A stretch of DNA of 64,000 nt, taken from contig CAZWVI010000005.1 of assembly GCA_964637165.1 (NCBI GenBank), positions 70,322 to 134,321 of the forward strand. Reading direction: 5' to 3'. Below, one piece after another: positions 27,517-36,651 of the stretch. The notes under the pieces were generated by a model. That model saw only the letters and a program-made list of their open reading frames with translations. It searched no databases and was not told the origin of the DNA. A program made the translations under genes and the position numbers. How positions within the stretch are numbered: the first letter of the stretch is position 1; each line of letters begins with the position of its first letter. The DNA comes from an uncultured Planctomycetales bacterium (GTDB taxonomy: Bacteria; Planctomycetota; UBA1135).

Positions 27517-29886
27517 ATGATTTTAGGCCATGTTGCTCTAGTGATTTTCGCGCAAGATCAAGCGCTAGATTTTTTACATCGAGGTGCCAGGAATGTTACT
27601 GAATGGGAACAGGCACTTCAACAAACAGATCCTCACCAACATGCCTTAATTGCAAGTGCCGCACTAGCTCCAGCGCGCGTTAGCCAGCTAAGTTATTCAT
27701 TCCCCAATTTGGATTTGGAAGCGGCCCCAGACTTTTCAGTGCAGCAGTTGCAGCATGCCCATGATGTTGTGTTGTCGCACTTGCAAGATAATCATGAGTG
27801 TTCTGAGCGTGAGGCTTTGTTGCAACGCTTTCGACCGTGGATCAAGGCGCGCGACATTCAAAACTGTTTAGCTGATGAAGAACAAATTAATTTGAGCTTT
27901 GAATTAATCAGCTTGGCACAATGGTCGGTGGCGCATGATTTTATGCCCTTAGTGGTCAGTGCCAGTTATTTCACAAAGGAACAGCGCATTGAGTTGTTGC
28001 GTCGTTGGTTAAGTGGCGGCGGACGCCGCGCATTCAAAGAAGCCTTAATGGTGTTGGACCCAACGCGCGATACCTTTTTAATTCGCGCGGCACTTAGTGA
28101 TTGGGAAGATCGCATGCGCGTCATCGATTTGCCGTTAGTTGCACAATTTGTAAATGTCGCCGAAGAAAGTTTGGCACAAACTGCACGTTTGATGTGGGCG
28201 CGACATGAGCAAGATCCGCAAACACGCTGGGAAATTTTTCAGGCGGCGATTGAATTGGGGCCGAGCATGCGCGATGGGGTAGTGCGGGCATTAGCGCGGC
28301 GCGGACCAAGCGAAAAAATTAGTAATTGGATGTTGCAACACTTGGCGGCTAATGATTCCCCACTACGTGAATTCGCAGATAACTTCTTGCCGCATTTCTT
28401 GACCGCCGATAAGTTGTATTCCGAGTACGCAAAGAGATTCAACCCATTAATGTCAAAGCGTGAGCGTGCATTAAAGATTGCCGCACTTGCACGCTTGCCA
28501 CAGCCCGAGGCGAGAGAAATTGCCGCGCGATGGTTAGTCGGAGGTGGCTGGACGCAAGGTCGTATTGCCGAACAAGTTGCTCGTGAGTTGGCTGCCAACG
28601 TCAACAGTCCTTTGAATTTAGAGCAACTTTTCGTCGTGCCAAATGTTTCAGTGGAAGTGGCCTTACCGCTGGCCAGAGTTCAGGCCAAGCAGTCATCTGT
28701 TGCGCGTCAATGGTTGCGCGAACTTTTGGAAGTTGGAAGTGATTTCGAACAAGGCCAAGCAGTTCGCGCGCTGGCGGCCGCCGCGCATAAAGAGGATTTA
28801 GCCTTGCTCTTTTCTTTAGTGCAAGACCTAAGTTTCGACCCGAGTGCGCGCGCATTTGCAATCGAAGCCTTAGTGAAATCTGAACTCGAGTGGGATGTTG
28901 CGTTGGTCGAGCTAATAGTCGCCAAGCAATTTCAAAACGATGACTTTGAAGTTCAACAAGCATTAGTTCGCGACCTTGTGATCTATGCAAGCGACAATGT
29001 TCGTCAGCAAGTGCTTAATTTAATAGAAAAAGTTGACGGACCCTTCTCTGGCGAGTTCAGTTACGACCTCAAGCTTGCGGCCTTGAGTGCGCAGGCAAGC
29101 GCGCCTCGCGCGAATGAGTATTTACAACTTGAAAAAAGCTTGGTCGCTTACTTGCGGGCGCATACTAGTGACCCATACGCCAGCGGATTACCTGACCCGC
29201 GCGAGCTATCCGCTGAATTTCCTGCCGTTCACGCTAATGCTCAGGCTTTGGCGGCGGTAATCAGTCTGTTAGAAAAAACAAATCAAGAGCCGGCTATGCC
29301 CGGAGAGCAGGCAAAAAAATGGCGGCCCGAACTAAAGAATTTGCTCGCCGCAAATAAGCAACCACTCTCAGCTTGGGTACATATTTTGCAAGTTTTGCCA
29401 AGTGGTTCAGCCTTTAATTTGGCTAAACAATTAAGTGAGCAAGATTCACTTCCGGCGAGCATTCAGTTGCGGTTAAATGCGGCGGCTTTACGTCATGCAT
29501 TCGAGATTAGTCCAAAGCTTGCCAGCAAATGGATTCGAGTTCTTCTTTTTAGTGAGGTTGCCTTAAGTGACTATCCATGGGATCTTGCCCACGGCTTAAG
29601 TTCAACCGAGGCCATCTCTTGGGTTTTGCCGGCCGACCGCTTGGCAGAAGAACACCAATTGCAAGTTGCCATGGCCCGCAGAGGGACAGCTTGTGATTTG
29701 CAACTTGAGCAATTGTTAGATTCTTTTGTCACGCCAAGTGTTTTGTTTCGTGCGAGTTATTTGACCACCCTCTTTGAAGATGGGCACAGTTTGAAGCGCG
29801 AACTGTTAGTCCGTGCTCGACAGTGGGATGCCGGCGACCGCAAAATAAAGGACCGATTGAACCAATTTACACCCGCACCGTTCTAA
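27517..29886 (+). CDS. Large all-helical (ARM/HEAT-like) hypothetical protein
   Basis: 789-aa ORF starting 2 nt after nnrD. Leu/Ala/Arg/Gln-rich with recurring helical-repeat texture. I recognise no catalytic motif. Confidence 0.55.
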   Translation: MILGHVALVIFAQDQALDFLHRGARNVTEWEQALQQTDPHQHALIASAALAPARVSQLSYSFPNLDLEAAPDFSVQQLQHAHDVVLSHLQDNHECSEREALLQRFRPWIKARDIQNCLADEEQINLSFELISLAQWSVAHDFMPLVVSASYFTKEQRIELLRRWLSGGGRRAFKEALMVLDPTRDTFLIRAALSDWEDRMRVIDLPLVAQFVNVAEESLAQTARLMWARHEQDPQTRWEIFQAAIELGPSMRDGVVRALARRGPSEKISNWMLQHLAANDSPLREFADNFLPHFLTADKLYSEYAKRFNPLMSKRERALKIAALARLPQPEAREIAARWLVGGGWTQGRIAEQVARELAANVNSPLNLEQLFVVPNVSVEVALPLARVQAKQSSVARQWLRELLEVGSDFEQGQAVRALAAAAHKEDLALLFSLVQDLSFDPSARAFAIEALVKSELEWDVALVELIVAKQFQNDDFEVQQALVRDLVIYASDNVRQQVLNLIEKVDGPFSGEFSYDLKLAALSAQASAPRANEYLQLEKSLVAYLRAHTSDPYASGLPDPRELSAEFPAVHANAQALAAVISLLEKTNQEPAMPGEQAKKWRPELKNLLAANKQPLSAWVHILQVLPSGSAFNLAKQLSEQDSLPASIQLRLNAAALRHAFEISPKLASKWIRVLLFSEVALSDYPWDLAHGLSSTEAISWVLPADRLAEEHQLQVAMARRGTACDLQLEQLLDSFVTPSVLFRASYLTTLFEDGHSLKRELLVRARQWDAGDRKIKDRLNQFTPAPF

Positions 29887-29895
29887 TAGAGAATC

Positions 29896-30657
29896 ATGAT
29901 TACTGTCCTACCCTTAATTCTGGCAATTCCATTTTGTCAAGAGCCGAATGAGCCGGTGGTCACGCCGGTTGAAGTTGCGTTGGCTGCGGGCGGGGTGAAG
30001 CTTGACCGTGAAGCTGGAATCATTGAGTTGAATGGAGCAATTTGCCAGGACCAGGAGCCGCTGGAATATTTGCTGGTCAAGTCGACGGGTGATGACCATG
30101 AGGCCTTACTTCAATTGGATGAAGACGTTAGTGCCGCGGCGGTGAATACTGCAATGTTGTTGTTAGATGCTAAGCCGGGACAAAATGGTAAGTTGGTGCG
30201 CAAAGATCCACTGCCAACTCGTGAGGAGTACGAAGCTGGGGCTTCGCTTTATGATGTTGTGCACGCCAAGGGCGATGGCTTTTACATTTACGTTGGGTGG
30301 GAACAAACCTATTTAAATGGCGAAACAGAACGTTGGTTTTATCGAGCCGAAGATTTAGTGATTAATTCGCGGCGCACCGATACTTATCAACGAGGAAAGT
30401 TTGTTTACTTGGGCTCACGATTCATCAAGGCTCATAGCGATGCACCGGAATTATTCGCAGCTGATGCAAGTGGCAACTTGGTGAGTTTGGTTTACTTTAA
30501 TCCGGCTAATCATCTGTTGACCGGAGCTGACCCTGAGGCCAATGATCAATATGTTTGGTATCCAAATACTTGGCTGCTTCCAACTATCGGAACTCCGATT
30601 AAGGTTTGGCTGAGCCGAAGTAAATTGGCGGCTTGGCCACAAGCTTCCGCGAAATAA
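29896..30657 (+). CDS. Secreted hypothetical protein (possibly YdjY-like domain)
   Basis: Hydrophobic N-terminus MITVLPLILAIPFC. The segment PLEYLLVKSTGDDHEALLQLD...AMLLLDAKPG resembles what I recall of YdjY-domain proteins. This is a low-certainty family call. Confidence 0.5.
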   Translation: MITVLPLILAIPFCQEPNEPVVTPVEVALAAGGVKLDREAGIIELNGAICQDQEPLEYLLVKSTGDDHEALLQLDEDVSAAAVNTAMLLLDAKPGQNGKLVRKDPLPTREEYEAGASLYDVVHAKGDGFYIYVGWEQTYLNGETERWFYRAEDLVINSRRTDTYQRGKFVYLGSRFIKAHSDAPELFAADASGNLVSLVYFNPANHLLTGADPEANDQYVWYPNTWLLPTIGTPIKVWLSRSKLAAWPQASAK

Positions 30658-30659
30658 AA

Positions 30660-31352
30660 GTGAGTTTCCGCCAGGCAGTTCAGTACCGCTTCGTCGGAAT
30701 GAGGATTGGCTCTTGGGTGATGTTTGCCGGATTGGGTGCGCTCGCGCTCGGCTCATTAGCGTGGGGAGATGGCGCTAGCTGGAAATTGCCAAGCTTATTT
30801 GGTGCGACCTGTGCCGCCCTATTCGCCATTTTGCGCTACCCACTAACGGGCCTTATTGACTCTATTGAGCCAACTTCTGACGAGGATGGATTAGTGCGCA
30901 CCGCGCTTTCATTAGATGAAAATGATCCGGGCGCAGAAGATTTGATTTTGACTGCCAAGTCCCGCGCTTGGCGATTACGAAGCTTGAGCGAGTTGCCATC
31001 CTTTGCGTTTATTGCGGCGATTTCGGTGGCTGTCGCATTATGGAATCAAGCAGCACCGACCGAGGTAATGCTTAAGGATAGCGCAACGTTATCCTCTGGA
31101 TTAACATCTGGCTCACCAGCATTACAAGGTGATGTCACTGTTGCAAAAAAACAACCCACCACCTCAAAAAGTTCACCGACAGCGGGGGACGCATCTGAAG
31201 CAAATCATGAATCAACAGCAATTGTTCAAATTGATTTCGCGATTGGCAACCACCTTGGGCCAAATTCAGCAATGAAACTTGGAAATAATTTTGGCCTTAC
31301 AAGTTCAACAATTGAACGCTACTGGCGCTTGCGCGCTCAAGAATCCGAATGA
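30660..31352 (+). CDS. Hypothetical membrane protein with Ser/Thr-rich linker
   Basis: About three TM segments, then a low-complexity S/T/A region. The start is uncertain: GTG 30660 lies directly after the upstream stop, the ORF track gives 30633, and an internal ATG sits at 30699. The 3-prime end overlaps the next gene (ATGA). Confidence 0.45.
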   Translation: MSFRQAVQYRFVGMRIGSWVMFAGLGALALGSLAWGDGASWKLPSLFGATCAALFAILRYPLTGLIDSIEPTSDEDGLVRTALSLDENDPGAEDLILTAKSRAWRLRSLSELPSFAFIAAISVAVALWNQAAPTEVMLKDSATLSSGLTSGSPALQGDVTVAKKQPTTSKSSPTAGDASEANHESTAIVQIDFAIGNHLGPNSAMKLGNNFGLTSSTIERYWRLRAQESE

Positions 31353-32548
31353 GTCCCGAACCCCGAAAAATTGGCCTATTTGTAGTTGGCGCACGTGGCG
31401 CCATTGCGACCACAGTTCTGCACGGATTGGAAGGCTTGCGGTCGGGCATTCCGCCGATTGGAATGGTCACTGAGCTGCCTGATTTTGACGGTGCCGGAAT
31501 GATAAGCACTACCAGTTTGCGATTACGCGGCTGGGATGTCGCCGGCGACTGCAATCGCAGCGCCGAGGAGTTAGTGCGCACGCGCGTTTTGCCGGCCGAC
31601 TTGGTTGACATTTGTTCGGAGTTGCGCGACCGCTACGAATTGACGATTGCTCCGGGAATTCCGGAAGTTGGCGATAGTGAAATGGTTTCTCAGTCGTCAC
31701 GTGAACGATTGGATTTACCACTTGTAGAAGTTGTGAATGCATTGCGTCAGGACATTCGTGAGTGGATGTCCGAAGAACCATTTGCTGATGCAGTGGTGGT
31801 TCATTTGGCGACCGCCGAACGCCAGACAGAAATTCCTGCGGCGTGGAACAATCCGCAATCCGACCCGGTCGAATTGTTGGCATCGGCGCCGGCTGATTTG
31901 TCGCGTTCAATTCTGTATGCAATGGCGGCAATTTTGGAAGGCTTGCCATTTGTAAACTTCACTCCTGCGTCGGGTGCCTCGGTGCCAGCGATTGCTGCTT
32001 GGGCAGAGCGTCTGGGAGTTCCGGTTTTGGGTAACGATGGTAAAACTGGCGAGACCTTAATTAAGACGGCACTTGCTCCGATGTTCCGCGACCGTGGCCT
32101 AAATGTTATGGCATGGGAGGGCTACAACATGCTCGGCAACCGTGACGGTGCTGCATTGGCAGATCCCGCGCGCCGTGCTGGGAAGTTAAAGAACAAAGAT
32201 GCGGTGTTGGGTTCAATCTTGGGGCCTGGGCGACGACATACTGGAGTTAGCATTGACTTTGTACCGAGTTTGCATGATTGGAAAACTGCTTGGGATTTCA
32301 TTCACTTCGAAGGCTTTCTAGGAACTCAGATGACGATGCAATTCACTTGGCAAGGATGTGATAGTGCGTTGGCTGCTCCATTGGTTTTAGATTTGGCGCG
32401 AGTTGCTTTATTGGCGAAGTCGCGTGGACAGGGAGGCGCCTTGGTCGCTGCGGCACCATTCTTTAAAGCGCCATTGAATTGTGAAAATCACGACTTTGGG
32501 TACCAGATGAACATGTTTCGGCGCTGGATGGAGTTGGGACAGCATTAG
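31349..32548 (+). CDS. ino1: myo-Inositol-1-phosphate (inositol-3-phosphate) synthase
   Basis: N-terminal Rossmann GLFVVGARGAIATT, NDGKTGETL, NMLGNRDG, and the C-terminal SIDFVPSLHDWKTAWDFIHFEGFLG block typical of prokaryotic MIPS. Confidence 0.78.
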   Translation: MSPEPRKIGLFVVGARGAIATTVLHGLEGLRSGIPPIGMVTELPDFDGAGMISTTSLRLRGWDVAGDCNRSAEELVRTRVLPADLVDICSELRDRYELTIAPGIPEVGDSEMVSQSSRERLDLPLVEVVNALRQDIREWMSEEPFADAVVVHLATAERQTEIPAAWNNPQSDPVELLASAPADLSRSILYAMAAILEGLPFVNFTPASGASVPAIAAWAERLGVPVLGNDGKTGETLIKTALAPMFRDRGLNVMAWEGYNMLGNRDGAALADPARRAGKLKNKDAVLGSILGPGRRHTGVSIDFVPSLHDWKTAWDFIHFEGFLGTQMTMQFTWQGCDSALAAPLVLDLARVALLAKSRGQGGALVAAAPFFKAPLNCENHDFGYQMNMFRRWMELGQH

Positions 32549-32561
32549 GTCAGTTAGGCGG

Positions 32562-33623
32562 ATGGCCCTCACCGCTGATTACGATTTTGAACTTCCTCGG
32601 GAGTTGATTGCGACTCATCCGACCAGCAAGCGCAGCGATTCGCGATTGATGTCGGTGGATTGTTCGGGTGAAGCGTGGAGTCATCATGGCTTTGAAGAGT
32701 TCCCGGGGATGTTACGCAAAGGTGACTTATTAGTTTTGAACAACACTAAGGTTTTGCCGGCGCGGGTTTTATGCCACAAGCCAAGTGGGGGGCAAGTTGA
32801 GGCCCTGTTCTTGGGTGAGGCCGAAGCTGGCGGTGCAATTTTCATGTTGTCGGGTGGACGCCTCCGACAAGGGGTCGAGCTTTTGCCCGACCACGGAGAA
32901 TTCCGGCTGCGATTGATCGAAAAAGTCGCCCCCGGCCGTTGGCTCTTAGTTCACGATTCAGCTCTGTCTTGGTCACAACTTCTTTTGCAATGTGGACAAA
33001 TGCCCCTCCCGCCATACATCAGAACCAGGCGCAAGGAGTGCGGGTTGGCCGACATTTGCGAGCAAGATGAGGAGCGATATCAAACCATATGGGCGAAGGA
33101 AAGTGGGGCGGTTGCTGCGCCAACAGCAAGTTTGCATTTCACCCCCCAGACTCTGACCCTATCCGCTGGGTCGGGAGTTGAAATTGCCGAAATAACTTTG
33201 CATGTGGGCGAAGGGACATTTCTTCCGGTGAGCTGTGACCGCCTTGAGGACCATCCCATTCATAGTGAATTTATTGAAATACCGGAGACTACGCGTCAAT
33301 TGTTGGCCCTTGCGAAACAGCAAAAACGCCGAGTTATCGCGGTGGGGACGACTGTATGCAGAGCTTTAGAAAGTTATGCGCATAAAGGTATTACTCACGG
33401 CCCTACTGATCTTTTCATAACGCCAGGTTTCGAGTTCAAGATGGTTGATGGTCTTTTGACTAATTTCCACACACCGAAATCCACGCTTCTGGCTTTGGTT
33501 GCCGCATTTGTTCAAGACCGCGGAGCGGCCGAAGGCCTTGCCATGGTTAAGCGCGCCTATGCTTCGGCGATTTCAAATCGTTATCGTTTTTATTCTTACG
33601 GTGATTCATCATTTTGGACATGA
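32562..33623 (+). CDS. queA: S-adenosylmethionine:tRNA ribosyltransferase-isomerase
   Basis: YDFELPRELIATHP, MPLPPYI, VGTTVCRALES and LLTNFHTPKSTLLALV. Confidence 0.93.
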   Translation: MALTADYDFELPRELIATHPTSKRSDSRLMSVDCSGEAWSHHGFEEFPGMLRKGDLLVLNNTKVLPARVLCHKPSGGQVEALFLGEAEAGGAIFMLSGGRLRQGVELLPDHGEFRLRLIEKVAPGRWLLVHDSALSWSQLLLQCGQMPLPPYIRTRRKECGLADICEQDEERYQTIWAKESGAVAAPTASLHFTPQTLTLSAGSGVEIAEITLHVGEGTFLPVSCDRLEDHPIHSEFIEIPETTRQLLALAKQQKRRVIAVGTTVCRALESYAHKGITHGPTDLFITPGFEFKMVDGLLTNFHTPKSTLLALVAAFVQDRGAAEGLAMVKRAYASAISNRYRFYSYGDSSFWT

Positions 33624-33644
33624 CCCACTGCTTGGGGTCAGAGT
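33620..33644. repeat. TGACC-N10-GGTCA element, copy 4
   Basis: ATGACCCACTGCTTGGGGTCAGAGT. Its TGA is the queA stop codon, and it ends 19 nt before the next ATG. Confidence 0.8.
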
Positions 33645-33662
33645 CTGGGGTAATATCTTCCC

Positions 33663-34349
33663 ATGCGGTTTTCCTCTCTCACCCCTCTAATCCTCATCCT
33701 CGCTTTCTCCTGCTCATCTGAGCAGCCACATGACCATGCAAGTCATGAGGGCAAGGGGCTTAATGATGCCTTTCTTGCTGACAACCTCAAGGTTGAAGAA
33801 TGGGTGGAGCGATTTGAAAAGGAGGGGCGCGAAATTTTCTCTCAGCGGGCGGAAATTGCTGCCACGGCTAATCTCACTGCGGGCATGGTGATGGCCGATA
33901 TCGGTGCCGGCACCGGTTTGTTCGAGCCGCTTTTTTCTCAAGCGGTCGGCACAAGTGGTAAAGTTATCGCAGTCGATATTGCTAAAGATTTTCTCACTCG
34001 AATTGATGGCTTTGAAATAGCCAACGTGGAAACAGTGCTCTGCGACGAGCACACTACTGGCCTCGAAGCCAACTCAATTGACGTGGCATTTGTTTGCGAC
34101 ACCTATCACCACTTTTCAAATCCAGCCGACACCTTGGCCTCAATTCACCAAGCATTAAAGCCCGGCGGCCATCTAATAATCGTGGAATTCCATCGCATTG
34201 AAGGCGAATCAAGTGATTGGATTATGAAACACGTTCGTGCCGGAGAAAAAGTTTTCACAGACGAAATTACCGCGGCTGGATTTGAAGTCGTTAAGCGCCA
34301 TGAAATACTAGAACAAAACTACATTCTAGATTTCAAGCGCGTTAATTAA
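33663..34349 (+). CDS. Class I SAM-dependent methyltransferase with lipoprotein-type signal peptide
   Basis: MRFSSLTPLILILAFSC lipobox-like leader, motif I VMADIGAGTGLF, and DVAFVCDTYHHF. Confidence 0.75.
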   Translation: MRFSSLTPLILILAFSCSSEQPHDHASHEGKGLNDAFLADNLKVEEWVERFEKEGREIFSQRAEIAATANLTAGMVMADIGAGTGLFEPLFSQAVGTSGKVIAVDIAKDFLTRIDGFEIANVETVLCDEHTTGLEANSIDVAFVCDTYHHFSNPADTLASIHQALKPGGHLIIVEFHRIEGESSDWIMKHVRAGEKVFTDEITAAGFEVVKRHEILEQNYILDFKRVN

Positions 34350-34360
34350 GCTACTGAAAC

Positions 34361-35842
34361 TTAAAGGTCACTACCGGCAGCGGTAATTTCCTCAAACACG
34401 AATTCTAAGTCCTCGCGGCAAAGCTGCGGGTGGGTTAGCACTAAGCGCAAAGTGGCAATTCCGCTTACAGAAGCATAGTTAAACATGATGCGCCCTTGAT
34501 GCTTAATCCGTTCGCGCAAAGTAATTGTTGCGCGCTCCATTCGTTCGAGCCAAGTTTTATTTCGTTCCTGGCCACGCAAACTTGGCGGCAAATAATGAAA
34601 TAAAATCGTGCAGCCCTGAGGCTCTCGTGCCAACTCAAACCCTTCGCGCTTAGTAACTAGTTCGTGCGCAATCTCCACCATTTCGAAGGCGTGTTCGACA
34701 CGAAGTCGGTATCCGTCATCGCCATGCGACAACCATGACAACCACAATTTTAGAACATCGACCCGGCGGCCGCATTGCAGGCTCATATCCCCACGATCGC
34801 AACTTGCTTCAGCGGTATCGTGGAATAAGTAGTCAGCGTTAAGCGCATTGGTGGCTTTTAATCGGCCCCGTTCGCGCAGCAACAATGCTGAGCATGACAG
34901 TGGAACTCCCATGGTTTTGTGCGGATTCCATGAAACTGAATCGGCACGTTCAATGCCTTCGAGTAGGTGACGGTGTTTTAGTGAGAACAACGCATTGCCT
35001 CCAAGCGCGGCATCGACATGAAGCCACATGCCGGACCCGCTAGCAATATCTGCAAGTGGTTCAATTGGGTCAAAGGCGCCGGGCATTGTGGTTCCGGAAG
35101 TTGCAACGACCATGAATGGATTAAAACCATCATCTTTGGCGGCGGCAACCATTTTTTTAAAAACACCTGCCCGCATTGCGCCATATTTATCCACCGGAAC
35201 TTCACGCGCCGCGCACAAGCCCATGCCGGCAACGCTCGCGGCCCGCGGCACAGAATAATGTGCTTCGGCAGAATGAAAAACCAAAGGACGATCAGATTCG
35301 CGTAGCCCATACTCTTTGGCATGCGGAAATGCGGAATTGCGTGAAGCTAACAATGCCATCAAGTTGGAAATGCTTCCACCTGGATTGAAAACGCCTTCAC
35401 AATTATTCCAGCCAACTAAAGCACCCATGCGCTTTATCAGTTCCTCTTCCATTAAAGTGAAAACAGGCGCAACCTCATAGGTATACATTGAGGCATTTGC
35501 CAATGTTGCCATCCATTCACCAAGCAGCGCCGCCGGATCCGAACCTGTGTAAAGCTGATTGAAAAAATATGGATGACCAGTGCGAACACAACTCCCCATA
35601 AATTCCTGCGCGCGCGAAAAAATATTATCGAGACTCATCCCAGAGCGCGGCAACTCAAGGTCGAGCTTCTGACGCAACACTTCGGGCGGGCACCAGTCGA
35701 CAACTTTTTGTTGGCGGTCGTTGTCGCTATCTAACCATTCGGCGGCAAATTTTGCGGCACGCCGAAGGATGGCATCGGTTTCACTAGCGGTGGTCTGAGA
35801 TGGGGCCATTTTCAAGGGTGGGACGAAACCCAGAATGCCCAT
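34361..35842 (-). CDS. Group II PLP-dependent decarboxylase, GAD/CSAD-like
   Basis: PLP-lysine motif SWNPHKTMGVPLSCS. The following stretch LQCGRRVDVLKLWLSW is closely reminiscent of animal GAD65/67 and CSAD (NPHKMMGVPLQCS ... LQCGRHVDVFKLWLMW, recalled from memory). The start may be MAPSQTT (35809). Confidence 0.85.
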   Translation of the reverse strand: MGILGFVPPLKMAPSQTTASETDAILRRAAKFAAEWLDSDNDRQQKVVDWCPPEVLRQKLDLELPRSGMSLDNIFSRAQEFMGSCVRTGHPYFFNQLYTGSDPAALLGEWMATLANASMYTYEVAPVFTLMEEELIKRMGALVGWNNCEGVFNPGGSISNLMALLASRNSAFPHAKEYGLRESDRPLVFHSAEAHYSVPRAASVAGMGLCAAREVPVDKYGAMRAGVFKKMVAAAKDDGFNPFMVVATSGTTMPGAFDPIEPLADIASGSGMWLHVDAALGGNALFSLKHRHLLEGIERADSVSWNPHKTMGVPLSCSALLLRERGRLKATNALNADYLFHDTAEASCDRGDMSLQCGRRVDVLKLWLSWLSHGDDGYRLRVEHAFEMVEIAHELVTKREGFELAREPQGCTILFHYLPPSLRGQERNKTWLERMERATITLRERIKHQGRIMFNYASVSGIATLRLVLTHPQLCREDLEFVFEEITAAGSDL

Positions 35843-35928
35843 AAGATAACGTCAAACTAAGTATTTTGCTTATTTCAAAAAGCCGTCAACAAAAACGTGC
35901 CAATGCTCCATAAATCTCTTTATTGTAG

Positions 35929-36651
35929 ATGGGTAAGTCATTCGATACCGCCATGGAACCTAATTTCGAGAGCCAGCTAGTCGCCGCTAGAGAGCATGCC
36001 AAGCAGTACCTTGGCCCTGCTAGCTTGGCCCATCTCGCCAGGCCGCAAGTTATCTCCTCGCTTAAGCAACGATTCGAAATCGGTAGCGAAGTTGCGGATG
36101 CAGTGTTGGCCGAAATCCATCTCGCCGCCCAACATCAGCCACTGCTAGCCAATGAATTTATTGGTTGTTTTCTATCTGACATGATGATGCTCGGAAGTGC
36201 AACGTCCAAACAAGGATTGCGTCGGCTCCTCGACACTAATGACTTAGTGCAATCAGTTATAGAAGACTTGTGGCCGGAATTATCCAAACTTAAATTCACC
36301 ACACGCGCCGCATTTTTGTCCCTGCTTTCACGCCGGCTGCAATGGAAGGCCTCTGATCGGCGCCGCATGCTCGGTCGCGATAAACGTCGCGAGGACCTGC
36401 GCTTAAATGTTGAGCCGCAAGACGTATCACCGAAAGAGAATTTCAAGTCACCACTTTCGATTATGGACGATCGAGAAGAGCAAGATCTACTCTTGACAAA
36501 GCTTATGGATTTACCTGAACTTGATCGCAGGTTAGTTACCCTGCATTTGCGTGGACACTCGGTTGTTGAAATGTCGGAAATATTAGAAATGGAACGTGCT
36601 GAAACTGATAAAGAGTTGCAGCGCGCATTGCGCCGCGTTCGTGGTTCTTAA
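35929..36651 (+). CDS. ECF-like sigma-70 family factor with about 95-aa N-terminal extension
   Basis: Region 2-like NDLVQSVIEDLW...FLSLLSRRLQWKASDRRR and region 4-like LPELDRRLVTLHLRGHSVVEMSEILEMERAETDKELQRALRRVR. Confidence 0.65.
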   Translation: MGKSFDTAMEPNFESQLVAAREHAKQYLGPASLAHLARPQVISSLKQRFEIGSEVADAVLAEIHLAAQHQPLLANEFIGCFLSDMMMLGSATSKQGLRRLLDTNDLVQSVIEDLWPELSKLKFTTRAAFLSLLSRRLQWKASDRRRMLGRDKRREDLRLNVEPQDVSPKENFKSPLSIMDDREEQDLLLTKLMDLPELDRRLVTLHLRGHSVVEMSEILEMERAETDKELQRALRRVRGS

